Shown one piece after another: positions 1 through 45,474 of a DNA stretch of 64,000 nucleotides. How positions within the stretch are numbered: the first letter of the stretch is position 1; each line of letters starts with the position of its first letter. The position numbers and the translations under genes are program-made. The notes beneath the pieces were generated by a model that was not told the origin of the DNA, did not search any database, and saw only the letters and a list, made by a program, of their open reading frames with translations. The DNA comes from the human T2T-CHM13v2.0 reference genome, Homo sapiens: the NCBI RefSeq assembly GCF_009914755.1, contig NC_060943.1. One strand, written 5' to 3'.

Positions 1-224
1 ACTTTGTGTAAGATAGACTGAACAGCATTAGAGGTGGGTTGGCCACCAGAAGGAAGCCTGGACAGGTCCCTTGTTTCAAAGGTATGGCACAAGGTAACCT
101 GTAATCCAGGGCACACTGACCAGTTCCTGTATATAGACACTTGGTTACAGCTGGTTTTAGACTGCCCCCCACAGTGGTTGAGAGAACAGCAGCATAAGCG
201 GCTGGCAGAGGCAAGGAAAGACCA

Positions 225-312
225 GCAGAGAGAGAGAGGAAGAGACAGACAAAGAGGGAGTCAAGAAGAGAGAGAGAGAGAGACAGAAAGTGAAAGAGAG
301 AAAGAAAGAGGG
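225..312 (+). repeat. GA-rich simple repeat inside the ERV gag region
   Basis: (GA)n/GAGACA runs visible directly. Confidence 0.9.
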
Positions 313-1583
313 AAATATACAAGTAGTTAAGAAAAAAAAAGTGTACCCTATTCTTTTAAAAGCCAGGGTAAATTTAAAACCTGTAATTGATAATTGGAGG
401 TCTTTTCCGTGACCCTACAACACTCCAATACAACCTTGTTGTAAGTGTAAGCAAGGGTGAAGCCCAAAAGCACTGAGGCCACTGACAACCTGTAGCCTTC
501 GTATCAAAAATTCTTAACTGAGTAATCTGTGGATGGCCCAAATGCATTCAATCTGTAGCAGCAACTGCTTTGTTAACAGAAGAAAGTAGAAAAATAACTT
601 TTAGAGGAAACCTCATTGTGAGCACACCTCACCAGTTCAGAAATATCCTAAGGGGAAAAAAAAAAAAAAGATGATTTAACATTAGCCACTGAAAATTCCC
701 TTAACCTAGCAGGTTTCCTAACAGGGGGTCTAAATCTTAATTACCATACAAAGGTCTGACCAGACCTAGGAGGAACTCCCTTTAGGATGGGATGATAGAA
801 GGAAAAAAAAGAAGCCATCTATACCAATTCTAAGTTAATTTGGACTAAACAAGGTCTTATTAATAGCAAAGGATAATTGAAATCCAAAACTTACAAGGTT
901 TTCAACAAAAGTAAAGTTTCCTAAAAGTTAACAGTGTAACATGTATTATAGTAACTTCTAATCTTGTGGCCTTAGACAGTCTAGTCCACAGACATAAAGG
1001 AAGTTCACTTTGGAAAAGAATGGTTATCATCTTTGGGAAAAAAAGGGGAAAGAAGGTGAGGGAGCAGAATTTATGTAAAAAGAATGTTATATGGTAAATT
1101 CTTGTCCTGAAATAAATTAACTGGTTGTTTAAAGAAAGAAATGTTTGTAATAAGTCAGAAAGTTGAGGCCTGTAGAAGAATTGTCTGTGAAAGTCGTGAA
1201 AGAAAAAAAGTTATAAAAAAAAATTTATGCAAGAAATGTTGTATAATTTAAAAGTAACTAGGCCTCCTGAATGTAAAACTATTGAAAAAAACAGTTTATA
1301 TGCAAGGTGTATAAACAAAGTAAAATATACCTTTGGTAAAAGGATTATAAGGAGGCATAAGAATGTAAATTTTTACCTACATTAAAAGGTTAAAAAAAAT
1401 TGTTTTGAAGGTTTAAGCAAGTTTTAAAACATTAATTTTAAAGAAAATTCTGTGTGTAAACATATTAGCTAAAGTTAAAGGGGTATCATCCAGTTGTTCT
1501 GTGAACTGGACGTTAAAGTAAAAACACAATGAGTTTTTCTTAAAGCGCTAACATGCTCTTTTACAAAGATTATAAAAGGTTAA

Positions 1584-1921
<338 letters not shown>

Positions 1922-4250
1922 TTATGATCCAACATTAAAAATTGAATAAATGTGTCTATAAAGTTTTATTAAAACTAAGTTTAACATTAATAGCACACTA
2001 ATATAAAGGTGAAATTTAGCTTATCTGGTATAAAAATCATACAGGAAGCATTGTCAAATATAAAATGGTATTTGGCTTCTTTGATCTAAAAACTAATAAA
2101 AAATACATGCTAAAGGAAATTTCTCAGTAGAAAGGCACCAAGGACTACAAAGTCCACTGCTGATGTCTCCACATTTAAAACAAAAGGTCAGTTTCTTAGA
2201 AATTATATACTTGGTTTATCTTCCGCTTTCCTTTCCATCAAAACTAAAAGTCTTTTAGCACATGTACCACCCCTAGAATTTCCAGTAAACCAGCACCAGC
2301 CTGAAGATCACGTTCTCATCAAAGGGTGAAAAGAAAGGAAACTTGAGCCAGCCTAGGAAGGACCCTACCTTGTGCTGCTAACCACTGAGACTGCTGTTCA
2401 TGCAGCGAAAAAAGGATGGACTCATCACAACTGAGTCAAGAAAGCGCCACCCCCTCCAGAGTCATGGGCCATAGTCCAAGAGGAAAACCCTACCAAACTA
2501 AAGCTAAGAAAAATTTAACTCTCTCATCTATTCTATTACTCTTTCTTCTTTCCTCGCTCTATTGCTGACCATCTAGTTATTAATGTAGCCAAGTCAATTT
2601 CACCTCAAACTATTGCATTTAATGCATGCCTTGTTATACCCTGTGGGGACTTGCCAAGTCAAAGACTTGTACTTCAGAAAGCTCTGTACTTCAGAAAAGT
2701 ACCTCTGTCCCTCCTGACTCTCCTCAGACTGGGCATTAGTAAATTAGGACCGTTTAATCCGGGGAAATTTCGATAAAGCCTCCAGTGTCAACCAGGAGCC
2801 TTGCTCCCCAATGTAGAGCTTTTATGCCATAGTTGGTCCAACATTCTGTGGACCACTAAAGAGCAAGGATGGACTGCCCCAACTGGTTTTTGTAATTCCC
2901 TAAAATCATACATTAATTTTACTAGAGGATCATAGAAGTTAAAGACTTAAAACAAACTTTGGCAAACAGGATACGAAGATGCAAATTCCTGGTTGGAATG
3001 GATCAAATATTCCATCCACACGTTAAACAAAAGCAATTGTTATGCTTGGGCACATGGCAGGCCAGAGGCCCAGATTGTCCCCTTTCCACTAAGGTGGTCC
3101 TCCTGTCCACCAGGCATGGGCTGCATGGTAGCTCTTTTCCAGGATTCTACAGCCTGGAGTAATAAGTTGTACCAAGCTCTCTCTGTGATATCCCAAAGTC
3201 CAGCACCCTGTGAGTCAGCCCCTGAGGGCCATCCAGCTTCTGTCTCCCAACACTAAGTTCACTTCATGTCTCTCATGACAGGGAGGAAACTTAGCATTCC
3301 TTGGAGACCTGAAGGGATGCAGTGAGCTTAAGAATTTTCAAGAGCTTATCAATCAGTCAGCCCTTGTTCATCCCTGAGCAGATGTGTGGTGGTATTGTGG
3401 TGGACCTTTACTGGGCACTGTGCCGAATAACTGGAGTGGCACTTGTACTTTAGTCCAATTGGCTATCCCTTTCACCCTGGCATTTCATCAACCAGAGGGA
3501 GGAAAAATAAGACATCGTAAAGTAAGAGAAGCCCCTTATGGGTCTTTCGACTCTCACGTCTATTTAGACACAATTGGAGTCCCACGGGGAATACCAGATC
3601 AATTTAAAGCTTGAAATCAAATAGCTGCAGGATTTGAGTCAATATTTTGGTGGGTGACAGTTAATAAAAATGTAGATTGGATAAACTACATCTATTACAA
3701 CCAACAGCAACGAGCTTTTCGTGAGTTAAAAGAAAAGCTCATGGCGGCCCCAGCCCTGGGGCTACCTGACCTCACAATAGTTTTACATTCAGGAGGACTA
3801 ATTACTTTTAAATTTATACAACAATTTCTTGCATAAATTCTTTTTTTATAATTTTTTTTTTTTTACACAATATGTGTCAGAAAAAAAAATGATAGTTAAT
3901 AGTTTTAACCCAGACTGTGGGACACTGGCCAAAGCTGGTGGCCTATCTCTCTAAACAATTAGACAGGGTTTCTAAGTGTTGGCCCTCATGTTTGAGGGCC
4001 TTGGCAGCAACAGCCCTGCTAGCACAACAAGCAGATAAGCTAACTCTTGGGCAAAACCTGAATATAAAGGCCCCCCCATGCTGTGGTAAATTTGATGAAT
4101 ACCAAAGGACATCATTGGCTAACAAATGCTAGATTAACAAGTACCAAATCTTGCTATGTGAAAATCCCCCCATAACCATTGAAGTTTGCAACACCCTAAA
4201 CCCTGCCACCTTGCTCCCGGTATCAGAGAGCCCAGTTAAAACATAACTGT

Positions 4251-4435
4251 CTTAATCCTTTTAAATGGATCAAACCCCTCGGAGGATCATTGTTGTCACT
4301 GGCATTATTAATATTGGTATGTTTATGTTGTCTACTTTTAGTCTGCACATGTCTCCAAGGAGTCTGAGGACAAGTCCAAAGTCAACAACAAGCAATGATG
4401 ATGGTGGTGATCCTAGTCAATAAAAAGGGGGAAGA
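4251..4435 (+). mobile_element. HERV-K (HERVK13/HML-4-like) env 3' end and polypurine tract
   Basis: Translates [32 protein letters not shown]...AMMMVVILVNKKGED, typical of the betaretroviral HERV-K TM anchor and cytoplasmic tail. PPT aaaaagggggaaga abuts the LTR. Confidence 0.75.
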
Positions 4436-5427
4436 TGTGGGTGGCAAGCCACCCAGGTGCCAAAGCAAGAGACTGAGGGCACAAGCTATTCCAGTATAAT
4501 AAAGAAAATATATAGTATAAGAATAGTTCTACTAGAAATAGATTATGGATATGATTATATATGAATGTCATTAATCATTAGTTTGTAGCATTATTCTTTA
4601 TTCTAATATTATAATAATCTTTGTTCTACAATTATAACCTAGGAAAAACCAGGCCCTACAGAGATAGGAGGTGAAGGGACATGGTGAGAAGTGACCAGAA
4701 GTCAAGAATGTTAGCCCTCTGTTACGCCCAGACAGGGCCACTAGTGGGCTCCCTGGTCTAGCAGTAATGCCAGCACCCATTACCTAGCAGACCTTGGTCT
4801 AGCAGTAGCATCAGTGCCTAGGGAAGGCACCCATTACTTAGCAGACCAGGAAAGGGAGTCTCCCTTTCCCCGGGGGAGTTAGAGAAGACTCTGCTCCACC
4901 ACCTCTTGTGGAAGGCCTGACATCAGTCAGGCCCGCCTGCAGCCATCTGGAGGCCTAACCGTCTCCCTGTGATGCTGTGCTTCAACAGTCACGCTCCTGG
5001 TCCACTTTCATGTTCCACTCTGTATACCTGGCTCTGCCTTCTAGATAGCAGTAGCAGAATTAGTGAAAGTACTAAAAGTCTTTGAAATGCATAAAAGAAA
5101 TAGTGGTGTAATCTGTCCTCTCTCTCTCTCCACCTCGGCTGCCAAACAGGGAAGGGCCCCCTGTCCAGTGGACACGTGACTCGTGTGACCTTACCTATCA
5201 TTGGAGATGGCTCACACTCCTTACCCTGCCCCCTTGTCTTGTATCCAACAAATAACAGCATGGCCAGGCATTCAGGGCCACTACCAGTCTCCACACCTTG
5301 GTGGTAGTGGTCCTCCGGGCCCAGCTGTCTTTTCTTCTATCTCTGTCTTGTGTCTTTATTTCTATGATCTCTCATCTCCGCACATGAGGAGAAAAAACCC
5401 ACAGACCCTGTAGGGCTGGGCCCTACA
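4436..5427 (+). mobile_element. LTR13-type LTR (HERV-K13)
   Basis: Starts TGTGGGTGGCAAGCCACCCAGG, ends GGGCTGGGCCCTACA, 992 bp, TG...CA termini; matches the recalled LTR13 consensus. Confidence 0.8.
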
Positions 5428-6166
5428 TAACTGTGTAGAGGTATTAGACTCAGTTTATTCTAGTGGGCCCAACCTCCGAGACCATCTTGAGTATCAGGAG
5501 ACTGTGAGCTATACTTGGATGGGAGCAGCTTTGCCAACCTCTGCAAAGTGACTCTGAAAAAGATGGCAAGCCCTGCTCCAGTCACACCTGGAAGCTGACT
5601 GGTTCCCGCATCACCAAAGCATGAGGAAATTAATCACAGGACTCATTTCCCTGAAAATTTGGACTTGTACAGTAAGGACTTCAACTGACCTTCCTCAGAC
5701 TGAGGACTGTTCCCAATATATACATCAAGTCACTGAGGTAGGACAAAAGTTTGCTACAGTCCTATTATTTTATGGTTATTTTAAGTGTACCAGGACTCTA
5801 AAAGGAACTTGTTTGTATAATGCTATTCTATACAAGGTATGTAGCCCACGAAATGACCAGCCTGATGTGTGCTATAACCCATCTTTTTTCCTACTGCCCA
5901 TAAAAACAGGCGAACTTCTAGGTTTCCTGGTCTATGCTTCCCGAGAAAAGAGAAGCATAGCTATAGGCGACTGAAAAGATGACAAGTGGCCCCCTGAAAG
6001 AATCATACAGTACTATGGGCCTGCCACTTAGGCACAAGACAGCTCATGGGGATACCGAATCCCCATTTATATGCTCAACTGAATCATACGATTACAAGCT
6101 GTCTTAGAAATAATCACTAATAAAACTGGCAGAGCTTCAACTGTTTTAGCCCAGCAAGAAACCCAG

Positions 6167-6580
6167 ATGAGAAATGCTATCTATAAATATAGACTAGCCC
6201 TAGACTACTTGCTAACAGCTAAAGGAGGGGTCTGTGGGAAATTTAACCTTACTAATTGCTGTCTACACATAGATGACCAAGGGCAAGTAGTTGAAGACAT
6301 AGTTAGAGACATGACAAAACTGGCACATGTGCCTGCGCAAGTGTGGCATGGATTTAATCCTGGGGCCATGTTTGAAAAATGGTTCCCAGCACTAGGAGGA
6401 TTTAAAACTCTTATAGTAGGAGTTATAATAGTAATAAAAACATGCTTACTGCTCCCTTGTTTGCTATGTACTTCTTCAAATGATAAAAAGCTTCATCGCT
6501 ACCTTAGTTCACCAAAATGCTTCAGCACAAGTGTACTATATGAATCACTATCGATCTGTCTTACAGGAAGACATGAGTAG
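6167..6580 (+). pseudogene. HERV-E-type env transmembrane-subunit remnant ORF
   Basis: [25 protein letters not shown] is an immunosuppressive-domain-like motif plus C-x7-CC, followed by a hydrophobic anchor. Upstream env has stops and the C-terminus is frameshifted. Confidence 0.8.
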
Positions 6581-6634
6581 TGAGGATAAAGGTGAGAACT
6601 TCCACTAATGAGAGAGGTTCTCAAACGGGGGGAA

Positions 6635-7098
6635 AAAGGGAGGAGACCACCCCTCATATTGTCTTATGCCTAGTTTCTGCCTCCAAAGAAAGAAGAAGTG
6701 AAAACTGAAAGGCAGAAATGGAATCCACAGGCAGATAGCCCAGCATCATGCCCTGGGCCTGCTAGTTAAAAATCCACCCCTGATCTAACTGCTTGTGTTA
6801 TCTATAGATTTCAGACATTGTATGGAAAAGCATCATGAAAATCCCTATCCTGTTCTGTTCTGTTCTGACTAGTGGTACATGCAGCCCCCAGTCACATACC
6901 CTCTGCTTGCTCAATCAATCATGACCTTTTCAGGCGGACCCCGTTATAGTTGTAAGCCCTTGAAAGGGACAGGAATTGCTCACTCAGGGAGCTCAGTTTT
7001 TGGAGATGTGAGTCTTCCAATGCTGCCAGCTGAATAAAGCCCTTTCCTTCTGCAACTCAGTGTCTGAGGGGTTCTTGTCTGTGTCTCATCCTGCTACA
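6635..7098 (+). mobile_element. LTR2-family 3' LTR (HERV-E/Harlequin)
   Basis: Begins (A)AAGGGAGGAGACCACCCCTCATATTGTCTTATGCC, has AATAAA near 7033, ends CCTGCTACA; preceded by a PPT. Confidence 0.85.
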
Positions 7099-8565
<1,467 letters not shown>

Positions 8566-8584
8566 TTAAAAAAATATATATATA

Positions 8585-12927
<4,343 letters not shown>

Positions 12928-13340
12928 TGTTAAATTAATTATGCCTAAAGCTGCTCCCTTTTCTGTTTAACTTTGGTCACTAGGTTTTTTTTTAAACATT
13001 GTAAACTGAAACCTAACTGGATATATAAATAGACTGTAATCCATTATTGTACCAACCACTGTGTTTTTGCCAATAAAAGGACATCAAGTGTTCAAATTAT
13101 GTTTCAATAAGGCAAATCCCAACCTGTAATCAATCTGGCTGTTTCTGTACCTCACTTCTATTTTCTGTATGTCACTTTGCTTTTTCCATCCACAAACCTG
13201 TTTTCATAATGTGGCTTTGCCAGAGTCTCTCTGAGCCTACTCTGGATCCACAGGCTGCCCAATTTGCAAATCATTCTATGCTCTATTAAACTCTGTTGAA
13301 TTTAATTTCTCTAAAATTTTAAAGTTTTTCTCTTTTAAAA
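12928..13340 (+). mobile_element. MER57-family LTR
   Basis: TGTTAAATTAATTATGCCTAAAGCTGC start; CTGTTTCTGTACCTCACTTC and GAGCCTACTCTGG internal strings; preceded by a PPT. Confidence 0.75.
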
Positions 13341-13357
13341 GTTTTCAAATATTTTCT

Positions 13358-14375
<1,018 letters not shown>

Positions 14376-14379
14376 TTGC

Positions 14380-14870
14380 AAAATGGTAGCAATTTTTCAT
14401 CCCCCCTGTATCCATGCCCAATGCCAGATGCTTTTACAGTTGTTTCCATCAAGATTCAGAATCTGTTTTCCAAACCCTAGATCAGGCTGGCCTTATTTGC
14501 TCAGGGCAGTAGAAACCTGTGAACATGGCAATGAGCTAGTTTGGGACCTAGGCTCAAATGGTCTTGAGTGCTTCTGTTTTTCTTTTAGAATGTTGACATC
14601 ACCTTGGAAAAAAGCCCATGTTAGCCAGCTGGAAAATAAGGTATCATGGGGAGGAGAAGCAAGGTGTCCCTATTGACAACCCCAGAAGCAGAACATCACC
14701 CCCAGAAGCACAGCTGCCTAGTCAACAAGCAGCTGACGACATATGACTGAAGGAGCTCAGCTGAAACCAGAAGAATGGCCCCACTGAGCCCAACCTAAAT
14801 GGCTGACCATCTCAATTATGAACTAATAAGTTTTGGATGATTTGTTATGCTGCAATAGCTAACTAATACA
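14380..14870 (+). mobile_element. MLT1-type MaLR LTR remnant
   Basis: Terminal string tttgttatgctgcaatagctaactaataca; internal ccactgagcccaacctaaatggctgacc. Confidence 0.6.
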
Positions 14871-15444
14871 TGCACCCAGTGCAGATAGGATGCCAGGATT
14901 CAATGACAGGTTGATTACTAGTTATGTTCTAACAGTGGGCACCCTATAGGTACTGATTTTTTCCCCTGATTTAAAGTTGGGTGACTTGTAAGAGAATGTT
15001 GAGTAATGCAGAAATACAGGTAGACATGTATGCATGTGATTGGTGCTTATACCCACACAGTCCCACACACCACAGGAGAAAACAGGTAACTACAGCCTGA
15101 CTAGTAGGGCCAAGGCCAATAGCAAAATAAGTTTTGCCTTTAATCTGTTTTCTCCATATCTAAACATTTGAGGTCAAGAGTGTGGACAGATCTGAAGACA
15201 CAGAGTTTTATTATCCTGTGGCCCCAACATTCTTTCTTCACTGTCTGATCTCTGGAAGAAAAGTGGGCAACAGGTGGCCAGCAGTGGTCTACCTGTGGTT
15301 ATTTTACTCCTGCTGCCATCTGCTCTTTTTATGGCCACTATCTGTTCCACCCTTAGAACTGAAGAAAGATATTGGTAGGGAGAGACTCTGCCTTCACTTC
15401 TGGCAGAAAAGGGATGTTCAGTTCATTCACCCCCCTGACATCAG

Positions 15445-15745
15445 AGCTGAACTTCAATGTGGCAGCTATTGGCCACGTGTGCCTCCTGAGTGACTGGAAT
15501 GTGGCTGGTCTGAACTGCGATGTGCTAGAAAGGTAAAATACAGAGTTAGTTTCAAAGATTTAGTTTCAAATGTTTATATACATTATTAATAATTACACAT
15601 TCCTCACACATTAAAATGATAATATTATGGACATATTGGGTTAAATTGTTACAATCAATTCAACCTGTTCCTTGTTTCTTTTTCAAGTTTGTCTACTAGA
15701 AAATTTAAGATTCACATGTGGCTCACATTTTATTTCAGAAGATTA
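15445..15745. mobile_element. MER33-like hAT-Charlie DNA transposon remnant
   Basis: ggccacgtgtg...aatgtggctgg...gatgtgct...gtaaaatac; aaatgataatattatggacatattgggttaaa; cacatgtggctcacatt. Confidence 0.6.
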
Positions 15746-15849
15746 CCATCTTTTTAAAATCTGAGGCTGCCTCCTTTAGCCGGGAAGGTCATAAAATCTG
15801 AAATTTTAAAATAATTATTGTTACATTCTTTTCATTTTTGAATAGCCAC

Positions 15850-16957
<1,108 letters not shown>

Positions 16958-17099
16958 CCATATATTATTTATAAATGCATATGACCTTACACACAAGGTT
17001 AAATGCAAATAACCTCTGGGGTGGGCCTGGCTCAGCTCAGGGAGGAAGCCCTGTCAGAGAAGGATGCAGCCCAAGCTGTCACTCTTCTTTCAGCCCCGC

Positions 17100-17760
17100 A
17101 TCTCATCACATCTTCCGTCAATCATGGCCTGAGGGGGCGGGGATTTAAATGTTATCCAATCAGAGACGCTAGGCAGGGAACCGTCCAATCAGGCACGCAG
17201 GTGAAGCGGACAGGGCGGCTTCCGGGTTTGGCGGGGCCTTTGTCCCTCGCTGTGGCCTGAGCTCCAGGTCTCGTCTTCAGCGCTCTGTGTCCTCTGCTCC
17301 TAGAGGTCCAGGCTCTGTGGCCCTGTGACCTGCAGGTATTGGGAGATCTACAGCTAAGACGCCAGGAACCCCTGGAAGCCTAGAAATGGTGAGAGTGCCG
17401 GGTCCGACATCCCCAGAGAGGGGAGGGGCTGGTTGTAATGGGTGGGAAGTGGCTGTGGCGGGACTCAGGCCTCCCGGCAGTCAGCTGCACAATCTGCGCC
17501 CCGAGTTCTTGCCCAGCTGGGCCTCAGTCCCCATCAGCCTTAAGATGGCGGCTGCGCTGACAGGCGGGCCCCAGCACGTCCCGTCTCTTCCTTGCGCAGT
17601 GACTGTGCCCTGGCCTGGAGCCCTCTCTGGGCAGCTCTGCATCCGCAGCGCCGCGTCTCTCCCAGACTGTGCAGGGACCACGGGAGGATCGTCACGGGAG
17701 AATCGTCACGGGAGAATCCTGACTTGGGGTGCGAGTTCATGAATGGGAAGAACTTTGGTC
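17100..17760 (+). promoter_or_regulatory. ZNF430: ZNF430 promoter / CpG-rich exon 1 region
   Basis: GC box GGGGGCGGGG at 17133-17142; two CCAATCAG boxes at 17156 and 17185; ETS-like GCTTCCGGG at 17218-17226; perfect YY1 motif AAGATGGCGGC at 17542-17552; elevated CpG. Layout typical of ZNF91-subfamily promoters. TSS inferred near ~17236. Confidence 0.8.
17386..17388 (+). CDS. ZNF430: ZNF430 exon 1 coding part (ATG only)
   Basis: ggaagcctagaaATG|gtgaga, the canonical ZNF91-subfamily ATG-then-donor arrangement. Confidence 0.9.
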
Positions 17761-17800
17761 CTGGGTTCCTAGTTCCTCTTTTCTCCTATTAAAAATGTAC

Positions 17801-21405
<3,605 letters not shown>

Positions 21406-21594
21406 TCAGATTTTAGATCAGAGAATGTTTTACCCTGAAGTCAGCATGTTCTTAGGAGGGACATAAAATGGAGTTGTATATTGGCTCAGATTGAGGGTAG
21501 CTCCAAGTTCAGGAGCCTGTGAAAAATTTTATTTAGACCACTGAAGACAAATTCAGCTGATTTTTTTAAATGAGAAAAAGAAAATGTGCAGAGT

Positions 21595-23706
<2,112 letters not shown>

Positions 23707-25237
23707 AGATGCCTTTTATTTTCATCTCTTCTCTGATTGCTCTGGCCAGGATTTCCAATTTTATGTTGAATAGGATGTTTGAGAGAAGGCATCCTTATCT
23801 TGTGCCAGTTTTCAAGGAGGAATGCTTCCAGCTTGTGTCCATTCAGTGTGTTGGCTGTAAGTTTGTCGTTGATGTCTCATTGTTTTGAAGTATATACCTT
23901 CAATGCCTAGTTTGTTAAGGGTTTTAAACATGAAAAATGTTAAATTATATTGAAAGTATTTTTAGCATCTATTGAGATAATCTTGGTATTTGTTATTAGT
24001 TCTCTTTATGTGATGAATAACATTTATTGATTGTATATGGAACCAACTTGCCTCCCAGAGATGCAGCCTACTTGATTATAGTGGATTAGCTTTTTGATGT
24101 TCTTCTGAATTCAGTTTCCCAGTATTTTGTTGATGGTATTTTCATCAATGTTCATCAAGGATATTGGCTTGAAGTTTTCTTTTTTTTTTAATCTCTGCCA
24201 GGTTTTGATATCAGAATGATGCTATTCTTATATATAATGAGTTGAAAAGGAGTCCTTTCTTTTCAATATTTTGAAGTATTTTTAGTAGAAGTGGTACTAG
24301 CTCTTTTTTGTACATCTGGTAGAGTTCAGCTAGGAATTTGTCTGGTTCTTTGCTTTTTTTTGGCTAGTAGGCTATTTCTTACTAATTCAATTTTGGAGCT
24401 TGTTATTGGTCTATTCAGGGATTCAGTTTCTTATTTGTTCAGTCTCTGGAAAATGTGTCTTTGCTCCCAGGTTACTATTCTCAAGCTTGGCCCAAATAAA
24501 CTCTTATATTCATGTTGCCTCAGCTTTTTCCTTTTAGGTAGTCATATCACGTAGAATGAGCTAGAGCAGCCTCTATGAGGGGATCTCTCCTTTGATTGTA
24601 CTCCACTTGCTGTAACACCCAAGAATGCAGAGTGTGGTTGATCCTACCTAGAATCTGCACATAAGGTCTGGCCTCTTCCTGGGATTTACAGGACACGGCC
24701 AGACTTTAGGTTGAGAATGTACAGAAAACCAACAGGAGGCATTTTCTCCATTGTGAGTTGTCAACATAGACATCTTAAAGCCCCCTTTGACAGTGTGGTT
24801 CTTTAAGCTTTTCAGATCTTGTTCAGTGATTTGCCACAGTTATGTGAGAGGCTCCAGATATAAATAGAATCTGATGACAGAATCAGCATTTTAAGAGTGA
24901 GATATCAAAGTCATAATGTATCCATAGCCATGACCACAACTATACCTACCTGTAAAATGTGATACTGGAGTAGAGTATTCTTGTCTTTCTCCTTACCCAA
25001 AAGCTAGCAAATTGGGACAAGTGATTAGGTTCTGGAGCTCCACCAGGCCATTTTCTATTTAGAATCAGCCTGAATCTCTCCAGCCTGGATTATCATTGGG
25101 CCATCAGCCCAGGGTCACTAAGAACCCTCTCACAATCACCTAGACGTCTTTGAGACATTTGAGGATGTCCAGGGCAGAATTGTGTCAGGCTGACAAGAGT
25201 GGTTAATTCTGCTTCTGGCTTGGTGTAAGAGAAATGA

Positions 25238-30253
<5,016 letters not shown>

Positions 30254-30633
30254 TAAATGAGTTTCTGATACTTGTTCTTAAGAAAACCTTGAGGATTTTT
30301 CCATATAGAAAAGAATTTTTTCAAGAAGTTTTATCTTGACTTAAACTTTCCACATTCCTGGGCTGATCTGTATCCTTCACTCTAGATTAGTGGCAATTCC
30401 AGAAATTTAGTGGCATAAAATATTGTTGCCCATATCTTAAAATCTATTTGCCGCCACCAATTTTTGATTAATGAATGCCAGGCAGTGAAATTAAGAACCT
30501 ACAAATGTAAAATATTTTCTAAATACTTAGAAATTTCTGTTATAAATTAGTATTTTTAGGATTAATTTTCTAGAATATTCTACCACATCCTCTTTACTAA
30601 GCACAGTACTAGGTTGGTAACTGAAGAATATGA

Positions 30634-30768
<135 letters not shown>

Positions 30769-31029
30769 TGAGAGTGAACACAACAGACGACATGAATGAG
30801 AGGTCCAAAAAAGAAGAAAGCCAATGCTTAAAATGTTATTTGAGAATCTGTGTTCCAAAGCAAATATTTTCTGGGAAGCCTGAGTTTTTTTTTTTAATTT
30901 TGCCCTCGCATAGGGTCATCTTCTGTCTTATGCTTTTAAATTCAAGGATTCTTTCCCCTTGGTGATCTCCCTTCAAGTTTGCTGTCAGAACCAAAGTCCT
31001 CTTCATGGCATGCGAGACTCACAATCTGA

Positions 31030-38000
<6,971 letters not shown>

Positions 38001-38099
38001 CTTTTTTTTATTAAGTAGTTTAATTAATTTATATTTAAAATGATTGCTTAAAGAAATAAAGTTACTATTACCAGTTTCATTGTTATTGTTTTGTTTAAA

Positions 38100-44570
<6,471 letters not shown>

Positions 44571-44755
44571 TTCCTGTTTTATGTATTTCTTGTAGATAAG
44601 TTTTTTCTCATTTCCTGTTTTACTACCTTTATTTTTGTTAACTTTATCGTTACATGCTTTGATTATTTTTTCATTTTTTGCATACTTTTTATAAATATTA
44701 TGTAATCACCTTGAAGTATAATGTAATCATCTTAAAATGGAGATTACATAAAACA

Positions 44756-44759
<4 letters not shown>

Positions 44760-44788
<29 letters not shown>

Positions 44789-45474
44789 TATTTATTGATC
44801 ATTCCTGGGTGTTTCTCGCAGAGGGGGATTTGGCAGGGTCATTGGACAATAGTGGAGGGAAGGTCAGCAGATAAACAAGTGAACAAGGGTCTCTGGTTTT
44901 CCTAGGCAGAGGACCCTGCGGCCTTCCGCAGTGTTTGTGTCCCTGGGTACTTGAGATTAGGGAGTGGTGATGACTCTTAACGAGCATGCTGCCTTCAAGC
45001 ATCTGTTTAACAAAGCACATCTTGCACCGCCCTTAATCCATTTAACCCTGAGTGGACACAGTACATGTTTCAGAGAGCATGGGGTTGGGGGTAAGGTTAT
45101 AGATTAACAGCATCCCAAGGCAGAAGAATTTTTCTTAGTACAGAACAAAATGGAGTCTCCTATGTCTACTTCTTTCTACACAGACACAGCAACAATCTGA
45201 TTTCTCTATCTTTTCCCCACATTCCCCCCTTTTCTATTCGACAAAACCGCCATCGTCATCATGGCCCGTTCTCAATGAGCTGTTGGGTACACCTCCCAGA
45301 CGGGGTGGCGGCTGGGCAGAGGGGCTCCTCACTTCCCAGAAGGGGCGGCCGGGCAGAGGCGCCCCCCACCTCCCGGACGGGGCGGCTGGCCGGGCGGGTG
45401 CTGGCCCCAACCTCCCTCCTGGACGGGGTGGCTGGCCGGGCAGGGGCTGCCACCCACCTCCCTCCCAGATGGGG
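44760..45474 (-). mobile_element. 5'-truncated SVA retrotransposon (poly-A, SINE-R, partial VNTR)
   Basis: ~30 T, then agtatttattgatcattcctgggtgtttctcgcagagggggatttggcagggtc (SINE-R), GC-rich VNTR units cacctcccggacggggcggctggccggg. TSD cataaaa(c/t)atctt at 44747-44759 and 45475-45487. Confidence 0.95.

Noticed and set aside
5621-6580. Co-opted (syncytin/suppressyn-like) env gene
   Set aside because: SU largely deleted, stops before TM, ISD altered (KYRLAL), C-terminus frameshifted
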